Assembly (NCBI GenBank): GCA_045536935.1
Contig: JAZSOO010000023.1
Location: forward strand, 3,651 to 67,650
DNA from: Eubacteriales bacterium
GTDB taxonomy: Bacteria > Bacillota > Clostridia > Oscillospirales > CAG-382
Length of the DNA: 64,000 nucleotides
Direction: 5' to 3'
The translations under genes and the position numbers were made by a program. Of the stretch, positions 55,284 through 64,000 are shown in pieces (within the stretch, counting starts at the first letter, position 1; each line of letters opens with the position of its first letter). The notes under the pieces were generated by a model. It saw only the letters and a program-made list of their open reading frames with translations, searched no databases and was not told the DNA's origin.

Positions 55284-57377
55284 TTATTTACGGGATTTGA
55301 TAACTACTGCAGAACCTGCGAGAGAAACGAGAGCAAGAACTACGAGGATAAGAGCGCTGGAAGCGTCGCCTGTTGCGGGCTTGCCGTTTTCGTCGTCATC
55401 GGTATCTTCGTCGTTTTCGTCGTTTTCGTCGTCATCGGGATCTGCGGGATCATCGGGATCTGCAGGATCATCGGGATCTGCGGGGTCTTCGGAATCTGCA
55501 GGATCATCATCGGGATCTGCGGGATCATTGGAATCTGCAGGTTCATCAGGGTCTGCGGAATCATCGGGATCTGCGGAATCATCGGGATTGGCAGAATCGT
55601 CGGGATCTGCGGGATCGTCGGAAGTGTCTTCAGAAGGATCTTCGGAAGGATCTTCAGAAGGTTCTTCGGAAGGAATGTTGCTGAGGTCGTCATCGCTGAG
55701 TTCTTCAACGGTGAAGTAGTAGTTGCACTTACCTACAGAAGTGTAGATATCTTCAAGGTTACCGCTGAAGGAGAAGCTTTCGCCAACTTCAAGTGCAATA
55801 ACCTTTGCGGCACTGCTGGAAGTGTTGGTGTCGTGCGCCATAACAATGATTTTGCCGGGACCGAGAGTCCATTCGGTTTCGTATCTGTTAGCGCCTTCGC
55901 CCATGCCTTCGACATCGGTAACAATGAATTTATCGGTTTCTTCATCATATTCAAGAAGTGCTTTGTAGAACCACTGGAAGGTAGATCCGCCTACTTCGCT
56001 GCCGAGTCTTGCTTCAACGGTGGTTTCTTCGCCGGAAGCCCAAGCAAATACTTCTTTTTCAGCGTCTGTATAAGAGTTGATTCTGTTAACAAAGAAGTCG
56101 TCTTCGCCGAGGTCAAGGGTAGGTTCGTTGGGGGTATCTACGGAAGTATCGGGGATTTCGGGAACGTCGCTGAGGTCGGGATAGGGGAATACGTCGTCGG
56201 GATATTCGGGACCGGTGATTTCAGCACCTTCGGGAATTTCATCAATAGCATCTGCTGCTATAAGAGCCATATCAACAAGACCTGCATAGAAGAGGGTTCC
56301 TTCGTAAGTGCATTCTCTTGCAGCATTGGGGTCTTCACCGAGAGCAGGTTCCTGTCCGGGGAAGCCGATGAGATAGAATTCATCGCCTGCCTGCATATCT
56401 CTGACGGATTCAAAGCTATGAAGGTCGGTAACCATAGAGGGGTGAGCCATAACGATCATACGGCCGTAGCCCTGCTGCCATTGAATTTCGTATCTGTTGT
56501 AACCGGTACCTGCTTCTTCGGTATCAACGCAGACCCATAAGCCTTTGTCTACGTCATACTGGAGATAAGCCTTGTAGAGCCATTCAAACGTCTTTGCACC
56601 GGGGTTTTCTGCATATCTCTGTTCAACAGACCAAGTTTCGTCTTCGCCTGTCCAACCGCATGCTTCGTTTGTACCGCCGTAAACGTTGATTCTGTCAATG
56701 TCGATGTAAGCGTAATCAGGTCCTTCGGGTTCAGAGGTTTCTTCAGAAACGTCTTCGGAAGGTGTGGGGGGGACGTAGTTGGGGTCTTCGATGATCAAGT
56801 TGGAACCGTTACCGGTGCAAGGAGTATCAACGGTAGCACCTTCAACGTCTGTATCGAAGAAGAGCTCAATATTGCCGTAAGCAGTATTGTTAACCTTGAA
56901 GGTGAACTTCAAAACGACGGAATCGTCTTCAACGGCAAAATTGACTTTGTTTTTAGTAGTGGTGTATACGTTAAGATTGATCCAACCACAGTTCGTGGAA
57001 GTAGCGAGGTATTCATCTTCGTCGAAAGTACATTCGGTGAGAGATTCGTTCTTCCAAGTGTTAGGTACGGTATCAAGACACTTAACCGTATTAGCACTGT
57101 CTTCATCAAGGTCGTTGGTGAGGACCATTCTGGAGTTGTCATACCAGAGAGTACCGGTAATAGAGGTGAGTCCGTCACGGGTACCATCGGTAGCAGTGAT
57201 GTTTTTAACTTTAACAAATACTTCGATTTCGTCGCCGGGTGCAAAGGTTTCGGGACCTTCGATGACGAGATCAAAATTAGTTTCGCCGTCAGCAACAGCA
57301 GAAACTGCGAGAACAGAAAGCATCATTGCAACGATAACAACAAAGCTCATGATTCTCTTGAAGGTGAGATTTTTCAT
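55284..57377 (-). CDS. Cell-wall-anchored surface protein: cohesin-like domain, two uncharacterised repeat domains, Asp/Pro stalk, sortase-type tail
   Basis: Signal peptide; PGDEIEV.V.V.N..GL......L.YD....L..LKFTFKV cohesin-like pattern; KPATGD + TM + KSRK C-terminus; ATG at 57377 after GGAGG. Confidence 0.75.
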   Translation of the reverse strand: MKNLTFKRIMSFVVIVAMMLSVLAVSAVADGETNFDLVIEGPETFAPGDEIEVFVKVKNITATDGTRDGLTSITGTLWYDNSRMVLTNDLDEDSANTVKCLDTVPNTWKNESLTECTFDEDEYLATSTNCGWINLNVYTTTKNKVNFAVEDDSVVLKFTFKVNNTAYGNIELFFDTDVEGATVDTPCTGNGSNLIIEDPNYVPPTPSEDVSEETSEPEGPDYAYIDIDRINVYGGTNEACGWTGEDETWSVEQRYAENPGAKTFEWLYKAYLQYDVDKGLWVCVDTEEAGTGYNRYEIQWQQGYGRMIVMAHPSMVTDLHSFESVRDMQAGDEFYLIGFPGQEPALGEDPNAARECTYEGTLFYAGLVDMALIAADAIDEIPEGAEITGPEYPDDVFPYPDLSDVPEIPDTSVDTPNEPTLDLGEDDFFVNRINSYTDAEKEVFAWASGEETTVEARLGSEVGGSTFQWFYKALLEYDEETDKFIVTDVEGMGEGANRYETEWTLGPGKIIVMAHDTNTSSSAAKVIALEVGESFSFSGNLEDIYTSVGKCNYYFTVEELSDDDLSNIPSEEPSEDPSEDPSEDTSDDPADPDDSANPDDSADPDDSADPDEPADSNDPADPDDDPADSEDPADPDDPADPDDPADPDDDENDENDEDTDDDENGKPATGDASSALILVVLALVSLAGSAVVIKSRK
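55436..55673 (-). repeat. Coding tandem repeats (18-bp DDPADP units and 12-bp PSED units)
   Basis: cgggatctgcgggatcat-like units repeated about ten times, preceded by gaaggatcttc units. Confidence 0.85.
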
Positions 57378-57563
57378 ATTTCCTCCTGTTTGTTTTGGTT
57401 TTCCGCCGATTTTTGCGGAATAAACCCTTGTTTTATTCATCGGCAGAAAAGCCAACGTTATTTCGTGTATTATAATATCACAAGTTATATATTATTTCAA
57501 TAGTTTTTTGACTATTTTAAGAATAATTTTTTGCCAATTCTTCTTTAAATAATAGCACGCACG

Positions 57564-58847
57564 CTATTTGAGGATAAAACGAGCTTCTTCTTCCTCGTAG
57601 ATCACGGAAAATATCTTTGCCGTTTTGTAGATAAAAACGATAACCGCAATATATCTCGGAGTGACCGTGAACGGATATAAATAGGGGACGGCAAGACCTA
57701 TACCCCATAAAACCGTCAGAATACAAAAAGAAATCCAACAAATAGAAACCGAAAACCTTTCACTGCCGAGAGTTGCAGAAAGATTCTGCGTTTCCATAAG
57801 GAAAAACCGTATGCAAAGCATAACCGCAAAAGCCGTAACGAGCGCAATCAAAGCACCGACGATGACCTTCCAAAGTGCCGTTTCATAAATAACGACAGCG
57901 CCGTTCGGGTTAAATTCGGTTCTGAACCATTCGGAACCGAACATTAACAAAAACGCAGGGATTGCAAGCCTTTTCGTCTTTTTGAATTCACATATCCCGT
58001 CAAAGAAAAAGCAGGAAGCAAAAAGCAAAAGGAAGGTGAACGATGCAGGTATCGCACGCACTCCGTCAAAGCTGATGTCAAAAAGGAAAAACAAAGAAAA
58101 ATAGACTGCATATTTGCCCATTCTCAAACGTTTGATGCGAACCGAATCGGGCTGCTCCGAATATTCAATTTCGTAACGTGTGTCGAGCGTTTCTCCTGCT
58201 TCTCTGCGGAACGTATTAAAAAATCCGACAGCGTTGAAATACCAAATGACCGCCGTTCCAAACGCCAACATAGAAAGAAGGACCGTGAGGATCGGCTTTA
58301 TGGAAACGATGTCGGTTATCGTGTCGATAACGTCAAAATCGGTTTCTGTGTAGATCCGAAGCTCGATTATCGAAATCAATTCCGGCAAAAGCGTTGCCGC
58401 AATACGGGAGAAAAACGCAAGATAGGAAAGGAACGAAAGGTTTTCGCAGTTTTTCAGCGTTTCGTTGCAATTGTTTCTCATCGCAAAATAAGAAATACCG
58501 CCGAACAACTGTCTGAAAAATATAATGTAGATAATGCCTTCAACGATCGAAAACCCCGTTGCCGCAAGCATTCTGTTGGAACCGATCTCTGTTGCCAGCA
58601 TCGGCTTTGTCAAAAGAAGCTTTATCGCTTCGGTCACGAAAAGGTATATAAGCGTTTTTCGTGCGTTATCGACCGAACCGTCAAAATACGCAAGCTGGGT
58701 CAAACCGAAAAACAGCAAAGCACAGCCGAAAACGTCGGGAAGTATATCAACGTTTGCAGGTACGGGATTGATGAAAAACAAAAAACCGAAAATTATAAGA
58801 AAACGGCTTTTGCCCGAAACGCTTTTATTTTTTCTTTCGCTTTTCAA
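57564..58847 (-). CDS. Hypothetical multi-pass membrane protein (internally duplicated)
   Basis: FGFLFF.NP....DILPD..G..L...G..L; about 10 TMs; start uncertain (TTG 58847). Confidence 0.65.
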   Translation of the reverse strand: MKSERKNKSVSGKSRFLIIFGFLFFINPVPANVDILPDVFGCALLFFGLTQLAYFDGSVDNARKTLIYLFVTEAIKLLLTKPMLATEIGSNRMLAATGFSIVEGIIYIIFFRQLFGGISYFAMRNNCNETLKNCENLSFLSYLAFFSRIAATLLPELISIIELRIYTETDFDVIDTITDIVSIKPILTVLLSMLAFGTAVIWYFNAVGFFNTFRREAGETLDTRYEIEYSEQPDSVRIKRLRMGKYAVYFSLFFLFDISFDGVRAIPASFTFLLLFASCFFFDGICEFKKTKRLAIPAFLLMFGSEWFRTEFNPNGAVVIYETALWKVIVGALIALVTAFAVMLCIRFFLMETQNLSATLGSERFSVSICWISFCILTVLWGIGLAVPYLYPFTVTPRYIAVIVFIYKTAKIFSVIYEEEEARFILK

Positions 58848-59469
58848 TTTTTCTCTCAACCTCCTGCTTCTCGTTATATCTCTTTTCGATAGCCTTTGCA
58901 CGTTCGGCAGCCAACTGCTGCTTGTCCTGCTGATATTGAGCCTCGCTCGTTATGAGAACAAAGCAGGTGTGCAAAAACATTATGTTAACGAAAATCACGG
59001 CATACTGCAGAATATACTGCGCCATTGAAACCATAAATGCAAGCTCGCCGAGCACGCCTAAAAGATTTGCAACTCCTGCAAACAAAGCCAATGAAATTGC
59101 AAAAACCGTGAAAACAAGACGCTTTCTTGCTTGAATTTCAAGCCTTTCTGCTTTGCAGTCCTTTGCAATCTTCACAACCGAGCCCAACCAGAAATACGAC
59201 ATCAATGCCCATGCCGTAAGATAGAGTATAAACGTAATTACGTTAACCGTGGGTATGGTGTCTATATCTACTATTCCCAAAATATCGAAGAATAACAAAA
59301 TTCCTCTCGGGAGCATAAATAACGAGCTTACGGAGGCTCTCATAAAGCCTGCTTCGAGCCGGGAAGCGAGGAAGAAACCGTATGCAAGCAAGACTACGCC
59401 GAAAAGCGCACCGCCGACTTCATTAAGCAATAAAAAGCCGTATCCGAATAATGCAATACCGAATCCCAT
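58825..59469 (-). CDS. Hypothetical membrane protein
   Basis: MGFGIALFGY.FL..G..LL.YG; about 5 TMs; charged C-terminal tail; directly after secA. Confidence 0.7.
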   Translation of the reverse strand: MGFGIALFGYGFLLLNEVGGALFGVVLLAYGFFLASRLEAGFMRASVSSLFMLPRGILLFFDILGIVDIDTIPTVNVITFILYLTAWALMSYFWLGSVVKIAKDCKAERLEIQARKRLVFTVFAISLALFAGVANLLGVLGELAFMVSMAQYILQYAVIFVNIMFLHTCFVLITSEAQYQQDKQQLAAERAKAIEKRYNEKQEVERKIEKRKKK

Positions 59470-59503
59470 ATTTAAAAACCTCGCTGATAATCAATAAACT
59501 TTT

Positions 59504-62242
59504 TTAATTTTCTTTACCCTGACAGCATTTTTTATATTTCTTGCCGCTTCCGCAGGGGCAAGGATCGTTCGGGCCGACCTTTTCTGCCTTTTTAACGGGG
59601 GTAGGTTTGACCTTCTGTCCGCCTTCGCCTTTCAAGGAAGCCGAACCGTTAAGGATCTGCTTTCTTTCGGTTGCTTCGGGACGGGGTTTAACGGTGAGAA
59701 GCATTCTCGCCGTGCCCGAATGTATCTCTGTGATCATTTCGTCGTACATCGCACCGCCCTGAATCTTATATTCGGTAACAGGGTTGCGCTGTGCGTATGC
59801 GTTCAATCCGACACTTCCGATAAGATCGTCCATAGCGTCGATGTGGTCGACCCAACGGGAGTCAACGTTGCGAAGTAATATTGCACGTTCAACCTCACGG
59901 AATACTTCGGGAGTGAATATTTCTTCCTGCTTGTCAAGAGCCTTGTTTGCACGTTCTTCGAGAATAGAGACGATGTCCTCTTGGGTGAGCGTTGCAAGGT
60001 CTGCCTGATCATATCTGAAATCATTGCTATCACAAAGAAGACCGTTAAATTCGTTGCGGATTCCGTCAAAATCCCAATCATCCGCAACGTCGGAAGTTGT
60101 ATACATACCGACAATTTCGGAAATATAACTGCTCATCATCTTGCGGATCGTTGCAGAAATATCGTCGTCGTTAAGTACCGAACGGCGCTGAGCATAAATT
60201 CGTTCACGCTGTTGATTCATAACGTCATCGTACTGAAGAACGTTCTTTCTGCGTTCGGAGTTACCGCCTTCAATACGCTTTTGTGCGTTTTCGATGCCGT
60301 TTGAAAGAATGCCTGCGTCGATAGGCTGGTCTTCGGGAAGTTTTAATGCATCAACAATGCCGATAATTCTGTCCGTACCGAAAAGACGCATAAGGTCGTC
60401 CTGCATCGAAAGGAAGAATTTACTTTCACCGGGGTCACCCTGACGTCCTGCACGGCCACGAAGCTGGTTGTCGATACGACGGCTTTCGTGTCTTTCCGTA
60501 CCGAGAATGAAAAGACCGCCTGCTTCACGGACTTTTTCCGCTTCAATACGGATATCCTTTTCAAATTCTTCTTTAAGCTCTTCAAAATGCTTTCTTGCGG
60601 CAAGGATCTCGGGGTCGTCGGTCATACCGAAATTGGTTGCCTCGTAAAGCATATAATCGTCAAGCCCTTCTTTTCTGAGAGCGTCCTTTGCAAGAAATTC
60701 AGAGTTACCGCCAAGCATAATGTCGGTACCTCTGCCCGCCATGTTGGTGGAGATCGTAACGGCACCAAGCTTACCTGCCTGTGCGATTATCTCTGCTTCT
60801 TTTTCGTGATATTTTGCATTGAGTACGTTGTGAGGAATGTTTCTTGCCTTGAGAATCTTCGAAAGAAATTCACTCTTTTCAACCGAGACCGTACCCACAA
60901 GCACGGGCTGACCCTTCGAACGGCATTCCTGGATCTGATCGATAATAGCTTCAATCTTGCCGTTGACGGTCTCGTAGACCACGTCGTTGTGGTCTTTTGT
61001 TATCATAGGCTTGTTTGTCGGGATAACCACAACGTCAAGCGCATAGATCTCACGGAATTCGTCTTCTTCGGTTAAAGCAGTACCCGTCATACCGGAAAGC
61101 TTTTTGTATTTTCTAAAGTAGTTCTGGAAGGTAACGGTTGCCTGAGTTCTGTTTTCGTTTTGAACGGTAACGCCTTCCTTTGCTTCAATAGCCTGATGAA
61201 GACCGTTTGAAAAACGTCTGCTCGGCATAATACGTCCCGTGAAGGAATCGACGATAACAACCTTGCCGTCCTGCATAACGTAATCGATATCACGTTGCAT
61301 AATGCCTCTTGCACGGATAGCGTTGTTGAGGTAATGCATAAGCTCGGAATGTTCGCCTTCGCCGATGTTTTCAATACCGAAATGCTTTTCGGCTTTCGCA
61401 AGACCGTTTGCCGTGAACATACAGCTTCTTGCTTTTTCGTCAACGATATAGTCTTCTGCGATGTTTTCGTCGCTCTGCTTGGAATCAAATTCCTTAATAC
61501 GGTAGCATTTAAGTCTGCGAACGAATTCGTCAGCCTTTTTATACATCTCGCTCGATTCTCCGCCCGCACCCGAAATGATAAGAGGGGTACGTGCTTCGTC
61601 AATGAGGATAGAGTCAACTTCGTCGACAATGGCAAATTCGTGGCCACGCTGTGCAATTTGGTTTTTATAAACCACCATATTGTCACGGAGATAGTCAAAG
61701 CCGAATTCGTTGTTCGTACCGTAGGTGATGTCTGCGTTGTAAGCCTTTTGACGTTCCTTCGTATCAAGACCTTGAATGATAAGACCGACTTCAAGACCCA
61801 AATATCTGTAAATATTACCCATCCATTCACTGTCACGCTTTGCAAGGTAATCGTTTACGGTAACGATATGAACACCCTTGCCTGATAGTGCATTAAGATA
61901 TGCGGGGAGGGTAGCCATAAGGGTTTTACCTTCACCGGTCCTCATTTCGGCGATTCTGCCTTGGTGTATAACAATACCGCCTATAAGCTGAACTCTGTAA
62001 TGCTTTTTTCCAAGCACACGCCAGGAAGCTTCCCTCACCGTTGCAAAAGCCTCGGGAAGAATATCGTCAAGAGTTTCACCGTTGTTAAGTCTGCCCTTGA
62101 GAATATCGGTCTGGCCTCTGAGTTCGGCTTCGCTCATATTTGAATATTTATCCGAAAGAGCTTCTATCTTCTGAACGATAGGCTCGATCTTTTTAAGCTG
62201 TTTGTCGCTGTAAGTACCAAAAATTTTTGTAAATAAAGACAT
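59504..62242 (-). CDS. secA: Preprotein translocase ATPase SecA
   Basis: EMRTGEGKTL, VNDYLAKRD, IVDEVDSILIDEARTPLIISG, TNMAGRGTDI, RIDNQLRGRAGRQGDPG, SEC-C tail CPCGSGKKYKKCC. Confidence 0.97.
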   Translation of the reverse strand: MSLFTKIFGTYSDKQLKKIEPIVQKIEALSDKYSNMSEAELRGQTDILKGRLNNGETLDDILPEAFATVREASWRVLGKKHYRVQLIGGIVIHQGRIAEMRTGEGKTLMATLPAYLNALSGKGVHIVTVNDYLAKRDSEWMGNIYRYLGLEVGLIIQGLDTKERQKAYNADITYGTNNEFGFDYLRDNMVVYKNQIAQRGHEFAIVDEVDSILIDEARTPLIISGAGGESSEMYKKADEFVRRLKCYRIKEFDSKQSDENIAEDYIVDEKARSCMFTANGLAKAEKHFGIENIGEGEHSELMHYLNNAIRARGIMQRDIDYVMQDGKVVIVDSFTGRIMPSRRFSNGLHQAIEAKEGVTVQNENRTQATVTFQNYFRKYKKLSGMTGTALTEEDEFREIYALDVVVIPTNKPMITKDHNDVVYETVNGKIEAIIDQIQECRSKGQPVLVGTVSVEKSEFLSKILKARNIPHNVLNAKYHEKEAEIIAQAGKLGAVTISTNMAGRGTDIMLGGNSEFLAKDALRKEGLDDYMLYEATNFGMTDDPEILAARKHFEELKEEFEKDIRIEAEKVREAGGLFILGTERHESRRIDNQLRGRAGRQGDPGESKFFLSMQDDLMRLFGTDRIIGIVDALKLPEDQPIDAGILSNGIENAQKRIEGGNSERRKNVLQYDDVMNQQRERIYAQRRSVLNDDDISATIRKMMSSYISEIVGMYTTSDVADDWDFDGIRNEFNGLLCDSNDFRYDQADLATLTQEDIVSILEERANKALDKQEEIFTPEVFREVERAILLRNVDSRWVDHIDAMDDLIGSVGLNAYAQRNPVTEYKIQGGAMYDEMITEIHSGTARMLLTVKPRPEATERKQILNGSASLKGEGGQKVKPTPVKKAEKVGPNDPCPCGSGKKYKKCCQGKEN

Positions 62243-62393
62243 TTTTATCGCTCCTTTTGCGAACGTGTAAACTTTCACAAATAGTATATTAACATATATC
62301 TTACAAAAAGTATACAGTTATTTGTAAAAATAATTGCAATAACGCAAAAAATGAAGTATAATAGATTGAATACGTGTTTATGGAGATTGTGTT

Positions 62394-63752
62394 ATGAGTA
62401 CGATTGCTGCCATCGGTACGCCCTACGGTAAGGGCGGTGTGGCAATGATAAGAATAAGCGGAAGCGATGCTTTCAGCGTTGCCGAAAAAATATTCGTTCC
62501 TGCTTCAAAGGAACGCTTTGCAAAAAGACTTCACGGAACGGTCTATTACGGCTCTTTCCGTGACGAAAAGGGTATTTTCGACGACGGTATATGTATCCTC
62601 TTCGAATCCCCCCGTTCCTTCACGGGTGAAAACGTTGCCGAGCTTTATTGCCACGGCGGTACTCTCGTAACGCAAAACCTTCTCTCCGCCGCATTAAAAA
62701 ACGGTGCACGAATGGCAACCGCAGGCGAATTTACAAGACGTGCCTTCATAAACGGAAAAATATCGTTAACCCAAGCCGAAGCGATAGGCGGTATTATAGA
62801 TTCAAAAAGCGAGCGTCACCTGCGTATCGCTTCAAAGCAGGCAAACGGCTCGTTAAGCCGTGCGCTTGGCGAGATATACGATTCCCTCCGTATCCTTGCC
62901 GCTTCGGTCTATGCGTATATCGATTATCCCGACGAGGATATGACAGACGTTTCGGTTCCCGAAATGCGCTCCCGTCTTACAGAGCTTAAAAGCCGCCTTG
63001 ATAAATTAAAAAGCAGCCATACCTACGGCAGAGCAATAAGCGAAGGCATAGTGACCGCCATCGTCGGCAAGCCGAACACGGGCAAAAGCTCGCTTTTAAA
63101 CCGTCTTTGCGGTGAAGACAGGGCAATAGTAACCGATATTGCAGGCACGACCCGTGACGTTGTAACCGAAACGGTACGTCTGGGCGATATGATATTGCGT
63201 CTTTCCGATACTGCAGGTATCCGTGAAAGCGAGGATACCGTTGAAAAGATCGGTATTGAAAAAAGCCGTAAGGCTATTGAGGAATCGGGTCTTGTCCTTG
63301 CTGTATTCGATTCGTCAAGACCTTTGGACGATGACGACAAAACTCTTATAAACGCAATCAAAGAAAGCGAAAAGGAAGACAAGACCGTTTGTATCGTCAA
63401 CAAGACTGATATCGCAAGCGAAGAGCTCAACCTTCCCTTTGAAAGAGTAATAAAAATAAGTGCCCGTAACGGAGAGGGAATAGAAGCCCTTATAGAAACA
63501 GTTTCCCAAATGTTCGGTGCAGGCGAGATCACGGAAAACGATGAGATCGTTGTAAATGCACGTCAATGCGCCGCCGTTGCAAATGCCGCCGAAGCGCTTG
63601 AATCGGCAATAGACGCACTTGACGGCTTCACGCAGGATATCGCAGGAATGGATATCGAGCGTGCGCTTTCTTCCATAGCCGAAGCCGACGGAAGAACGGT
63701 CAGCGAAGACATTGTAAACGAGATATTCTCACGCTTTTGCGTAGGTAAATAA
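62394..63752 (+). CDS. mnmE: tRNA modification GTPase MnmE
   Basis: [56 protein letters not shown]. Confidence 0.97.
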   Translation: MSTIAAIGTPYGKGGVAMIRISGSDAFSVAEKIFVPASKERFAKRLHGTVYYGSFRDEKGIFDDGICILFESPRSFTGENVAELYCHGGTLVTQNLLSAALKNGARMATAGEFTRRAFINGKISLTQAEAIGGIIDSKSERHLRIASKQANGSLSRALGEIYDSLRILAASVYAYIDYPDEDMTDVSVPEMRSRLTELKSRLDKLKSSHTYGRAISEGIVTAIVGKPNTGKSSLLNRLCGEDRAIVTDIAGTTRDVVTETVRLGDMILRLSDTAGIRESEDTVEKIGIEKSRKAIEESGLVLAVFDSSRPLDDDDKTLINAIKESEKEDKTVCIVNKTDIASEELNLPFERVIKISARNGEGIEALIETVSQMFGAGEITENDEIVVNARQCAAVANAAEALESAIDALDGFTQDIAGMDIERALSSIAEADGRTVSEDIVNEIFSRFCVGK

Positions 63753-63763
63753 AGGAATCTATT

Positions 63764-64000
63764 ATGCAGAAATACTCAGCAGAAAAATTGGACGTAGCCG
63801 TAATCGGCGCAGGACACGCAGGCATAGAGGCTGCATTGGCTTGCGCACGTATGGGTGTTAAAACAGCGTTGTTCACTCTGACGCTCGACCTTGTCGGAAA
63901 CCTTCCCTGTAACCCCTCGATCGGCGGTACGGGCAAGGGACATCTCGTTTTCGAGATAGACGCTTTGGGCGGTGAAATGGGACGTGCGGCAAACGAAGTT
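63764..64000 (+). CDS. mnmG: tRNA uridine modification enzyme MnmG (5' part, truncated by window end)
   Basis: [31 protein letters not shown]...[22 protein letters not shown]; follows mnmE. Confidence 0.93.
   Translation, partial: MQKYSAEKLDVAVIGAGHAGIEAALACARMGVKTALFTLTLDLVGNLPCNPSIGGTGKGHLVFEIDALGGEMGRAANEV

Noticed and set aside
62243-62393. Possible oriC next to mnmE-mnmG
   Set aside because: No TTATCCACA-type DnaA boxes seen and no dnaA/rpmH/rnpA/yidC/jag; the gap is a divergent promoter region

Overview
Chromosomal window from a spore-forming, probably gut-associated Clostridia-class (Oscillospiraceae/Ruminococcaceae-like) bacterium. It is mostly housekeeping and sporulation genes: rimP (partial), spoIIGA-sigE, a SpoIVFB-like protease, spoVT, ytfI-ytfJ, asd, nfnAB-type oxidoreductase, Na+-PPase, guaB, aspartokinase, the SCIFF ranthipeptide and its radical SAM maturase, rpmE, hflX, secA, mnmE-mnmG and one tRNA-Arg(CCT). 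Surface and secreted proteins include an LRR protein, a CotH-dockerin protein, a cohesin/sortase-anchored protein and a GHL10-type hydrolase. The most unusual signals are non-coding. (1) A ~33-38 bp hairpin element ending in GGGGACCCC occurs seven times with covarying stems; four copies sit at the apex of two different REP-like host hairpins, one of them a chimera of the two hosts. (2) A multi-hairpin array with an 8-nt repeated linker lies behind the tRNA. Also notable: an AT-rich single-chain restriction-modification-like gene with a divergent XRE regulator and twin GTAAC-N5-GTTAC operators; an orphan endolysin-like amidase with an internal RBS+GTG; a VanRS-like system apparently wired to a C39-type peptidase; and a NYN-domain RNase that may start at ATT. 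All assignments come from reading motifs by eye; no database searches were run.
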